24,260 nucleotides of DNA from Thermodesulfobacteriota bacterium (GTDB lineage: Bacteria > Desulfobacterota_D > UBA1144). Positions 16,686 to 24,260 of the stretch are shown here, piece by piece. The position numbers and the translations under genes were made by a program. The notes under the pieces are model-generated. The model was not told the DNA's origin and ran no database searches. It saw only the letters and a list, made by a program, of their open reading frames with translations. The stretch covers positions 1-24,260 of the forward strand of contig JAQWMJ010000027.1 in NCBI GenBank assembly GCA_029246845.1. Reading direction: 5' to 3'. Position 1 is the first letter of the stretch. Every line of letters begins with the position of its first letter.

Positions 16686-17600
16686 ATGAGAAATAGCTTT
16701 GTAAAAAAATTAGTCGAAGACTCTGGTAAGAAAAATAATGTCTATCTTCTAACAGGTGATTTAGGCTTCTCAGTTTTAGAGCCTTTTATTAAAAAGAATC
16801 CTAAGAATTTCTTTAACATGGGAGTCGCTGAGCAAAATATGATGGGTGTTTCATCAGGCCTGGCTTTGGAAGGGAACAAAGTCTTTACCTATTCAATTTC
16901 AAACTTTGCTACATCTAGATGCCATGAGCAAATTAGAAATGATATCTGCTATCATAACTTGGATGTAACAATTGTTGCAGTTGGTGGCGGTTTGCCATAT
17001 GGGACACATGGTTATACCCACCATGGAATTGAAGATATCACAATAACTAGATGTTTGCCTAATATGACTGTGTATGTCCCTGCTGATAAATATGAATTAG
17101 AATTTTGCTTTAATAAAATCATTAAAAATACTAGCCCTAAATACTTAAGATTAGCCAAGGGTGGCGAGCCAGATCTTTATAAGAAAAAGATTTCAGTGTC
17201 TGGGAATATAGTTTGTCATGAGAAAATATCAGATATAAATATATTGTCATGTGGTTCAATACTTAATGAAGCTATTGATTGTTGTAACTATTATAAAGAA
17301 AAAGGCATTAATATTGGTCTTTTTTCTTCTCCTGTTATATCAGAAGAGACTAAGCCTGAATTAAAAAAGCTTTTATCTAAAGATAAAATTTTTATTACAC
17401 TAGAAGAGCACAAGAAAATAGGTGGCTTTGGAAGTTATGTTTCTGAAATCTCTGTGGGTTTGAAGAAACCCGCTAGAGTTATTTCATGTGGAGTCTTGTC
17501 TGATGGTTACGATTTAGTCGGTAATCAAAATTACTTAAGATCATTGCATGGCATCGACAAAAAAGGTTTAATTAAAGTTATAAATAAAGTTCTTAAATAG
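16686..17600 (+). CDS. Split transketolase, C-terminal (pyrimidine-binding and C-terminal) subunit
   Basis: LTGDLGF, NMGVAEQNM (catalytic Glu), EQIRND, GYTHH, YLRL, TLEEH...GGFGS. Confidence 0.92.
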   Translation: MRNSFVKKLVEDSGKKNNVYLLTGDLGFSVLEPFIKKNPKNFFNMGVAEQNMMGVSSGLALEGNKVFTYSISNFATSRCHEQIRNDICYHNLDVTIVAVGGGLPYGTHGYTHHGIEDITITRCLPNMTVYVPADKYELEFCFNKIIKNTSPKYLRLAKGGEPDLYKKKISVSGNIVCHEKISDINILSCGSILNEAIDCCNYYKEKGINIGLFSSPVISEETKPELKKLLSKDKIFITLEEHKKIGGFGSYVSEISVGLKKPARVISCGVLSDGYDLVGNQNYLRSLHGIDKKGLIKVINKVLK

Positions 17601-17602
17601 TA

Positions 17603-18484
17603 TTATTTTATTAGAAATTTTGAAGAATCAATTATTTTTGGATTATTTTTGTAAAACTCATATATTTTTTTTATACCTTCTTCTACTGGAGTAAATATTA
17701 TTTCAGGGAAAGTATCTGTAAGTTTAGCATTATCGCCACTATATGAAGTTGATATACCTTGATTCTTAACTACTATTTCTCTTTTTTCATCTATACCACT
17801 TATAATTTCTGCAATTTGAGTAAGGTTTAATTCCTCATTGTTGCAAACATTGTAGTCTCCAGAGGCAACTTCAGTATTAATAAACTTTTTAACTATCTCA
17901 ACTAAATCACCAACATATAAAAACCCAAATATAGCATCTTGATTAATAACTAAATCTTCTTTTAAAGAGGCTTTTGCACAAAGGTAAGGAATAAGTCGGA
18001 ATCTCCAGTCATCTTTTTCACCAAACATGCCAAATAATCGAAGGTTATATATGTTATTTGTTAGACGACAGTGAGCATTCATGAAATATTTTGATAGTCC
18101 GTATTGATCTGTTGGAAAGTTATCACCAAAAAATTCTTCTTTCATTCTTGATTTCCAATGCTCTCTGCCAAATTCAGCACCTGATCCAAAATAAATCATT
18201 TTGCCGAATGATTTTTTATTTAGTGCAATATTGAAGAACATCTTCATATTATTTACTAGCTGAATTTCAGGGGTTTTTGATTCTTTTAGAAGTGGATGAA
18301 CAAGATGATTCGCCGAGTGAATAATAACGTCAAATTTATTTTCTTTAATATATGTAGAAACTTTCTCATAATTTAAGAGGTTTAACTCAGAAGATGATGG
18401 AGCATATACTTGAAAAGAGTCAGTTAAAGATTCAGCCAAAGTGGAACCAATAAAGGCGCTTCCACCCGTCACCAAGAGTTTCAT
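17603..18484 (-). CDS. NAD-dependent epimerase/dehydratase/reductase (extended SDR) acting on an NDP-sugar
   Basis: LLVTGGSAFIG Rossmann motif (central Gly replaced by Ala), GSGAEFG, YGLSK (YxxxK), LRLFGMFG, FLYVGDL. Confidence 0.88.
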   Translation of the reverse strand: MKLLVTGGSAFIGSTLAESLTDSFQVYAPSSSELNLLNYEKVSTYIKENKFDVIIHSANHLVHPLLKESKTPEIQLVNNMKMFFNIALNKKSFGKMIYFGSGAEFGREHWKSRMKEEFFGDNFPTDQYGLSKYFMNAHCRLTNNIYNLRLFGMFGEKDDWRFRLIPYLCAKASLKEDLVINQDAIFGFLYVGDLVEIVKKFINTEVASGDYNVCNNEELNLTQIAEIISGIDEKREIVVKNQGISTSYSGDNAKLTDTFPEIIFTPVEEGIKKIYEFYKNNPKIIDSSKFLIK

Positions 18485-18581
18485 CAGAGTTATTGTAACA
18501 TATAGGTTTTGTTAATATAAAAATATATGTTGATATAGATTTCATTTACTATATCCTAAAAGTTATTCGACTTAAATAATC

Positions 18582-19784
18582 ATGAAAAAGGCATTTTTAG
18601 TTCTAATATCTGCATTAATTTTATCTTTTATAGTTATAAAAGTGGACAGAATATTTAAGCCTTCAATTGCTTTTAAATACTATTTTACTGATCAACTTAG
18701 AGAAGATAAAGAACTTCTTAGACTTCTTCTAAAGCCAGGTGTTTTAGTTAAAAAAAATAAGACAAAGTTTGAGATTAAAATTTTATCTTACCTAACTACT
18801 TATCTACATAAAGCATCAGTTCTAATAAATGAGAAAGATTTTCAAATTATAATTGATTTACCTAAAGACTCAGAGCTAGCATTCTATGTTATAAATGATG
18901 ATGTTGGATTGAATCCTGAGAAGTTAATTAAGGATAATTTGATTAGAAAGCATTTGAATCCATCTAGGGCTTTTACTTTTAACATAGATAGTATTAAAGT
19001 TTTTACAGAATTGTTACAAAATGAGGTTACATTTCTGCATAAAAGATCACAAGAGCTGTATTCCGCTATAAAAAATATTAGGCCCTTGCTTTCACCCTTT
19101 GTCGTTTCTCCTTATCTTTACTCTTCGGGATTAGCGAAGAAAGTTCGCTACTATAATGAAATTTGTCATCTTAAGAATATAAAATATGATTCAAATGATA
19201 TTTACAGCTCATATATATTCAATTCAGAATACAAAGATTATGAAAAAAACAAAAAAGCTTTTAGTATGGAATCAGGATGGGCTGATGAAGACATTAAAGG
19301 ATCTAGAAAGTATATTAATGAAATTCTACAAAGATGTGCTTTTTTCGAAGTTGAATCAAAAGATAAACTTGAGAGATCAAATAAGTTGACAAAAATTTTG
19401 GGCTTTAGAGTTTCTGAGTTCAGACTTTACTTTAAACCCTCACAGACAAAAGACTTAACTAATTTAGTTTTTCGAAATTTCGCCGGTGATAATAAGATAG
19501 CTGAAATTGTTAGAAAAAATACAAAGTTTGCACAAGTGATCAGTTTTTATATCGACTATATAAAGCAGAATGAGCAGTTTCTAGTTATAAGAAGCGGTTT
19601 TATTGATTTGGTAGGCAAGTGCGATAACTTTATTGATGAACTAAATGAGCAGTATCCAGTCAAAACTCTTAATCTTAATCTAAATAATGACTATCAGTTT
19701 CCAATAGGTTCAGAATTGATAAATATTAGATTAACTCAAAGCGATATTCCATCCAACTGTAGAATAAATCTCTTCTCTTTATAA
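18582..19784 (+). CDS. Hypothetical protein with N-terminal signal/membrane anchor
   Basis: 400-codon ORF in AT-rich DNA; MKK followed by a hydrophobic stretch; no motif recognised. Confidence 0.7.
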   Translation: MKKAFLVLISALILSFIVIKVDRIFKPSIAFKYYFTDQLREDKELLRLLLKPGVLVKKNKTKFEIKILSYLTTYLHKASVLINEKDFQIIIDLPKDSELAFYVINDDVGLNPEKLIKDNLIRKHLNPSRAFTFNIDSIKVFTELLQNEVTFLHKRSQELYSAIKNIRPLLSPFVVSPYLYSSGLAKKVRYYNEICHLKNIKYDSNDIYSSYIFNSEYKDYEKNKKAFSMESGWADEDIKGSRKYINEILQRCAFFEVESKDKLERSNKLTKILGFRVSEFRLYFKPSQTKDLTNLVFRNFAGDNKIAEIVRKNTKFAQVISFYIDYIKQNEQFLVIRSGFIDLVGKCDNFIDELNEQYPVKTLNLNLNNDYQFPIGSELINIRLTQSDIPSNCRINLFSL

Positions 19785-21098
19785 TTTAGCCTTTTTATTT
19801 ATAGTAAAAATAAACAAGTAAAGAGAAATGATAATTATGAAAGTAAAATGATAAGGTTCCCATCTATTGTATATAAATAATGGATAGATTATTAATAAAG
19901 TAGTAATTAAGTGAAGTCTTTCTTGAAGAAGATATATTGTATGGCTAACATTTGATTTAAAAGCTGAACCCTTAAGGTTGAAAGTGTTATAAAAGTAAAA
20001 GGGTAAATAACTGATGATTGGTATTATAAAAAGTGAATCATAAACTTTTATTCTAGGGAAGAATAGCATTGTCGCTAAAGAAATTAGTATTATTTTCTCA
20101 ACTTTTGTAGTTGGGATTTTTTTTGTAATAAAATGAATAAAGAATAAATGTATTATACATATAGAAGATCCAATTATTGTCAAAATTGACATATTCTGAT
20201 ACTGAAATCTAATGTAATCTAACAGCTCTTTTGTTAAACTTATGAACCCAAAACCTAAGTCAATTGAATTGGTAAGTGCTGAAGTATTATTTATAAAACC
20301 TTTAAAATTTACTGGATCTAAATAGAATAAGATTCCATAAAGCACAATAACACTTATAAGGATACAGCTAAGCTTTATTAAGAAGTCTTTAAATTTCTTC
20401 TCTTTCAGTAGTATGGCAGCACAAAAACACAGATAGATGGGTTTTAATAGAGTTGCTATAATGATTAAATAAATAAATCTATTATTTTTTTCTTCAACGT
20501 AATCAATGAGTAAGTTTAAAGCTAAAAGTGCGATAGGTAGTCCCATATTTCCCGAGTATATAGCAACTGTTATAGCACCATCAAAAGTATTGACAACAAA
20601 AAAGATATACCCCGCAAGAATGATCCCAGTTCCTTTATTTATATCAAACCTTTTGATTAGTTTAATAAATAAAGCAATTAATAGATAAAAGTTAATCGCA
20701 TTAATTATGAATAGCCATTGGAAATTTGTGAGTTTAGCAAAAGGTAGATAAAGGTATATTACTGTCGATGGCATATTAAAATAAAAATTCCAATTATCAG
20801 GTAGGCAATCCCTTAAAACAATATAATCGTATGGATCTTGACCATTTAGAAATAAGCTGACCCCACACATGTAGACATAAGAGTCCCAAGAAAGAATGTG
20901 CGCTGTAATAAATGAAGAATTTACTATTTGATTAGATATCAGGCTCCAAAGCATGTAGGAGAAAAGAATAAGTAAGAAGTTATTGATTATAGGAATAGGA
21001 GTTAAATTAAATACCTCAGAATTTTTAACATAAAGTTTCTTAATAGCGTCTCTTAGAAATGGTATTTTTTCTTTTATATTCAACATTTTAATACTCAT
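19779..21098 (-). CDS. GT87/DUF2029-like GT-C membrane glycosyltransferase
   Basis: WDSYVY...GQDPY...YFNMP loop, SGN, LLKP, PRIKVYD; about 10 TM segments. Confidence 0.65.
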   Translation of the reverse strand: MSIKMLNIKEKIPFLRDAIKKLYVKNSEVFNLTPIPIINNFLLILFSYMLWSLISNQIVNSSFITAHILSWDSYVYMCGVSLFLNGQDPYDYIVLRDCLPDNWNFYFNMPSTVIYLYLPFAKLTNFQWLFIINAINFYLLIALFIKLIKRFDINKGTGIILAGYIFFVVNTFDGAITVAIYSGNMGLPIALLALNLLIDYVEEKNNRFIYLIIIATLLKPIYLCFCAAILLKEKKFKDFLIKLSCILISVIVLYGILFYLDPVNFKGFINNTSALTNSIDLGFGFISLTKELLDYIRFQYQNMSILTIIGSSICIIHLFFIHFITKKIPTTKVEKIILISLATMLFFPRIKVYDSLFIIPIISYLPFYFYNTFNLKGSAFKSNVSHTIYLLQERLHLITTLLIIYPLFIYNRWEPYHFTFIIIISLYLFIFTINKKAKL

Positions 21099-21121
21099 AT
21101 CATATATTATTTTTAACTTTT

Positions 21122-22357
21122 TTATATATCATTTTTCATTTTATCAATACTTAGAATGCTCACTATAAAAATTAATAAAATAATGGGATATATAAAGTAA
21201 TTGTCACCTTTAATGTTATAAAACCCTAGAATCAGAGTGTTCAGCAATAGTATTATATATTTCGGCTTAAAAGAGGGTGTGAATTTTTTTAATCCATCAT
21301 TAAAAAAAGTACTGTTAACCAGGTAAATTGTTGGAATCCCGCATATCAACATGTCATATTGCTTTAATCTGGGTATAACAAGATAAACTCCTATTATTGC
21401 GATGGAAAACTTAATATTCCTCTCTATAAGAGAATCGCTCGACAGTTTAATAAATTTTATTTTATAAATTCTATATATTGTGAATATAAGAAGTGCAGAA
21501 TATATAATGTAATCAATTAAGAAATTAACTTTATTAATCTTACTCGGCACTATTAACCAATTGTGATCGCCTGATTTAAATGCTACACCCAAACCTAAGA
21601 GATGAGACTTTATATAATTAATCACTTGGAGGGAGCCCACGCCCATATCACCAATATAGGGAAGTATTGCAATATTCTCTGACAATAAAGTGAATTCTTG
21701 TGGGTAAAGATTGTGATTGATAACAATAAAGACAAAAGGAGATATGAATAAAATAAATAACTTTTTAATATCTGTACTTTTTGTTAAAGCAAAAGGCACT
21801 AGTAGAAAAAGAATCATATGAATTTTAAATAAGCTTGGAAGAGTAATCAAAATCATACCTAAATCTCTAATCCTTGATCTATTAGAGGTTGATAGTAAAA
21901 GTCCAATTGTTGTTGAAACATAAAGGATGGAAGATATATTTCCAGAAATATAACCATATAGCGGAATAGAGCTAAAGCTGAATATTGATATAACGAGACA
22001 CATTAATATACTTATTGGACCGTATATTTTTCTGATAGTAATAATAATTATAAAAACAGAAATAGTAAGAATTGATATCCAAATAATTTGAAAAACTTCA
22101 GGAGTTAGAATATAAAAGTTTAAAATTCTTAAATAGATTGGCAAATAAACAAATTTAAAGTTTATTAATTCTTTAGAGCAATCCACAAGCGGACCGTATC
22201 CTGCACCTGTCTGACTATAGATGAAAGGCCCGCAATAGTAAACCATTGAATCCCAAAAGAACTGCTTTGATTCAGCTAAATTTTTGTAAATTCTAAAATA
22301 ACCAGAACAAAAGACTGAAAGAAGTAGAACTAGTTTAAAATAAATTGATTTTCCCAT
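21122..22357 (-). CDS. GT87/DUF2029-like GT-C membrane glycosyltransferase (divergent paralog)
   Basis: WDSMVYYCG...FVYLP, SGNIS, LFK, DMGVG, PRLKQYD; same motif order as 19779-21098. Confidence 0.65.
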   Translation of the reverse strand: MGKSIYFKLVLLLSVFCSGYFRIYKNLAESKQFFWDSMVYYCGPFIYSQTGAGYGPLVDCSKELINFKFVYLPIYLRILNFYILTPEVFQIIWISILTISVFIIIITIRKIYGPISILMCLVISIFSFSSIPLYGYISGNISSILYVSTTIGLLLSTSNRSRIRDLGMILITLPSLFKIHMILFLLVPFALTKSTDIKKLFILFISPFVFIVINHNLYPQEFTLLSENIAILPYIGDMGVGSLQVINYIKSHLLGLGVAFKSGDHNWLIVPSKINKVNFLIDYIIYSALLIFTIYRIYKIKFIKLSSDSLIERNIKFSIAIIGVYLVIPRLKQYDMLICGIPTIYLVNSTFFNDGLKKFTPSFKPKYIILLLNTLILGFYNIKGDNYFIYPIILLIFIVSILSIDKMKNDI

Positions 22358-22400
22358 TTATATATCGATTCCTTATAGTATTATATCTTATAGATTTATT

Positions 22401-23168
22401 ATGAAATGTGTAATACTAGCAGGCGGCAAAGGTACAAGGTTGAGTGAAGAGACTCAAGAAGTTCCAAAGCCAATGATTGAGATTGGAAATAGGCCAATAC
22501 TTTGGCATATTATGAAGCATTATTCGGCTCATGGTGTTGATGAGTTCATAATTTGTACAGGTTACAAATCAAATTATATAAAAAATTACTTTGTTAATTA
22601 TAAAGTTAATAATTCCGTAATTCATATTGATATAAAAGATAATAGTATCGAAGTAGATTCTAATGTTAAAGAGAATTGGAAGATATCCATTATTGATACA
22701 GGATTAGAAACGAATACAGCAGGTAGAATCAAGAAAGTTGCCAAATATATACCTGAAGATGATTTTCTATTAACTTATGGTGATGGTGTTGGAGATGTCA
22801 ATATCAGAAAGAGTATAGAATTCCACAAGGGACATAAAAAATTAGTAACAATGACTGCGGCAATTCCAGAAGGAAGATTCGGATCGATTACTTTTAAAGG
22901 AAACACAATCTCTAGCATAAAAGAGAAGCAAGATAACTCTGATAAATTTGTTAATGCAGGCTTCTTCGTGGTTAACAAAAAAGCCTTAAAATATATTACT
23001 AATAGTAATGAGCAATGGGAGAAAGCCCCACTAAAAAAAATCGCAGCTTCAGGAAATTTGATGGGATTTAAACATCTAGGTTTCTGGCATCCAATGGATA
23101 CAATTAGAGATAAAGTTTATTTAGAAGAACTATCAAAACTCAAAAACCCACCTTGGAAAACCTGGTAA
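22401..23168 (+). CDS. rfbF: Glucose-1-phosphate cytidylyltransferase
   Basis: VILAGGKGTRLSEET..PKPMIEIG, DTGLETNTAGRIK, LTYGDGV, GFWHPMDTIRDK, C-terminal PPWKTW. Confidence 0.96.
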   Translation: MKCVILAGGKGTRLSEETQEVPKPMIEIGNRPILWHIMKHYSAHGVDEFIICTGYKSNYIKNYFVNYKVNNSVIHIDIKDNSIEVDSNVKENWKISIIDTGLETNTAGRIKKVAKYIPEDDFLLTYGDGVGDVNIRKSIEFHKGHKKLVTMTAAIPEGRFGSITFKGNTISSIKEKQDNSDKFVNAGFFVVNKKALKYITNSNEQWEKAPLKKIAASGNLMGFKHLGFWHPMDTIRDKVYLEELSKLKNPPWKTW

Positions 23169-23171
23169 AAA

Positions 23172-24230
23172 ATGAACTTAAAAAGATTCTATTCTGGTAA
23201 AAGGGTCCTTGTTACTGGACATACTGGCTTTAAAGGTGCCTGGCTCTCTTTAATTTTAAGTGAGTTGGGAGCCAAAGTTTATGGTATATCTTTGAAACCA
23301 GAGGATACAAGAGGTAACTTCTACAATATAATCAAGCTTAATAAAAAAATAAAATCGAATTATATTAACCTTGTAGATTATAAAAAATTAGCAAAATCAA
23401 TTGAAAAAATTAAGCCAGAGATTATTTTCCACCTTGCTGCTCAACCCTATGTAATTAGATCTTACAAGAATCCTTTAGAGACAATTCAGTCTAACATATT
23501 AGGTGTCTCAAACTTGCTTGATATTTGCAGCAATATTAAGACCCTTAAGTTTTTTTTAAATGTTACGACAGATAAATGCTACGAGAATGACGATAGTAAA
23601 AAGGCATTTAAAGAAACGGATAACCTAGGCGGTAAAGACATATACTCATCCAGTAAAGCATGTTCAGAGATTTTGACTAAGTCATTTTATGAGAGTTTCT
23701 TAAAAAATAACATTGCCGTGGGAACAGCAAGAGCTGGAAATGTTATAGGTGGTGGTGATTTTGGAGAGGATAGATTGATCCCTGATATTTTTGAATCAAT
23801 TATCAATAAGAACAGACTAACTATCAGAAATCCCAACTCAATAAGACCATGGCAATACATATTCGACGTTCTTAATGGATACTTAGTGCAAACTGTAATG
23901 TTAAAGAAAATAAGAAAAAAAGAAGTTCTATCTTATAATTTTGCGCCAGTTCAGAAAGATGTAGTTACTGTTAAAGAGATAGTGGACTATATCGCAAAAT
24001 ATTTTAAGTTTAAAGATATAAAATTTTTAAATCAAAATAAAGGCTTTAAAGAATCAAAAAATCTTTTATTAAACTCAAAAAAAGCATTTCATGAGCTTGG
24101 ATGGAAGAACAAATATAAGACTTTGGGAGCTATAGATCAGACTATAAAATGGAACGAAGCTTATCATTCTAACCCGAAGGATATAGAGAAATTCTCAATT
24201 ACTTTAATTAGAGATTATTTTAAGATTTAA
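23172..24230 (+). CDS. rfbG: CDP-glucose 4,6-dehydratase
   Basis: GKRVLVTGHTGFKGAWL, HLAAQP, TTDKCYEN, YSSSK, RAGNVIGGGD, RPWQ; directly follows rfbF. Confidence 0.96.
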   Translation: MNLKRFYSGKRVLVTGHTGFKGAWLSLILSELGAKVYGISLKPEDTRGNFYNIIKLNKKIKSNYINLVDYKKLAKSIEKIKPEIIFHLAAQPYVIRSYKNPLETIQSNILGVSNLLDICSNIKTLKFFLNVTTDKCYENDDSKKAFKETDNLGGKDIYSSSKACSEILTKSFYESFLKNNIAVGTARAGNVIGGGDFGEDRLIPDIFESIINKNRLTIRNPNSIRPWQYIFDVLNGYLVQTVMLKKIRKKEVLSYNFAPVQKDVVTVKEIVDYIAKYFKFKDIKFLNQNKGFKESKNLLLNSKKAFHELGWKNKYKTLGAIDQTIKWNEAYHSNPKDIEKFSITLIRDYFKI

Positions 24231-24232
24231 AA

Positions 24233-24260
24233 ATGATAGAAAAAAAAGTTTTATTTACTA
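24233..24260 (+). CDS. Start of the next CDS (truncated by window end; product unknown)
   Basis: ATG 2 nt after the rfbG stop, open to the window end (MIEKKVLFT). Confidence 0.5.

Noticed and set aside
1662..22978. Short ORF-track entries (1662, 2525, 4129, 7229, 10422, 11445, 12850, 13227, 15021, 19186, 20506, 22775)
   Set aside because: All lie antisense to, or out of frame within, well-supported genes and show no motifs; treated as shadow ORFs.
1..24260. CRISPR array, IS/integrase, tRNA/rRNA, retron or DGR
   Set aside because: I saw no spaced repeats, transposase, integrase or reverse transcriptase motifs, or structural RNA genes. The 40-bp repeat is exact, in frame in both genes and lacks adenine-specific mismatches.

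Overview
AT-rich bacterial DNA with dense gene packing, in two parts. (1) 1-5120: the end of a SitABCD/YfeABCD-type Mn/Fe ABC transporter, converging on a minus-strand run of a Fur-family regulator, an enoyl-CoA hydratase/isomerase, a PaaI thioesterase, a His-motif membrane protein and a cytoplasmic SBP56/SELENBP1-family protein (putative methanethiol oxidase). The ~290 bp upstream of the SBP56 gene are not in the ORF track. Read on the minus strand they contain, in order: a sigma70-like promoter, a well-matching SAM-II riboswitch, a competing hairpin, a 22-codon ORF with its own SD and four tandem Cys codons (MLFISKDYSCFSLLNCCCCSFK), and a palindrome next to the SBP56 SD. This looks like a dual SAM plus Cys (or Cu) sensing leader on a methanethiol oxidase and is the most interesting element in the window. 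(2) 5191-24260: a surface-glycan island with mixed gene orientation. It holds rfbF, rfbG, a His-for-Lys PMP-dependent 3-dehydratase lacking the Fe-S motif, a YerE-like ThDP enzyme, a split transketolase with a duplicated N-subunit, an SDR, a class I aminotransferase, a GtrB-like GT2 and four GT-C-like membrane proteins in two paralogous pairs. All calls come from manual motif recognition; no searches or folding programs were run.
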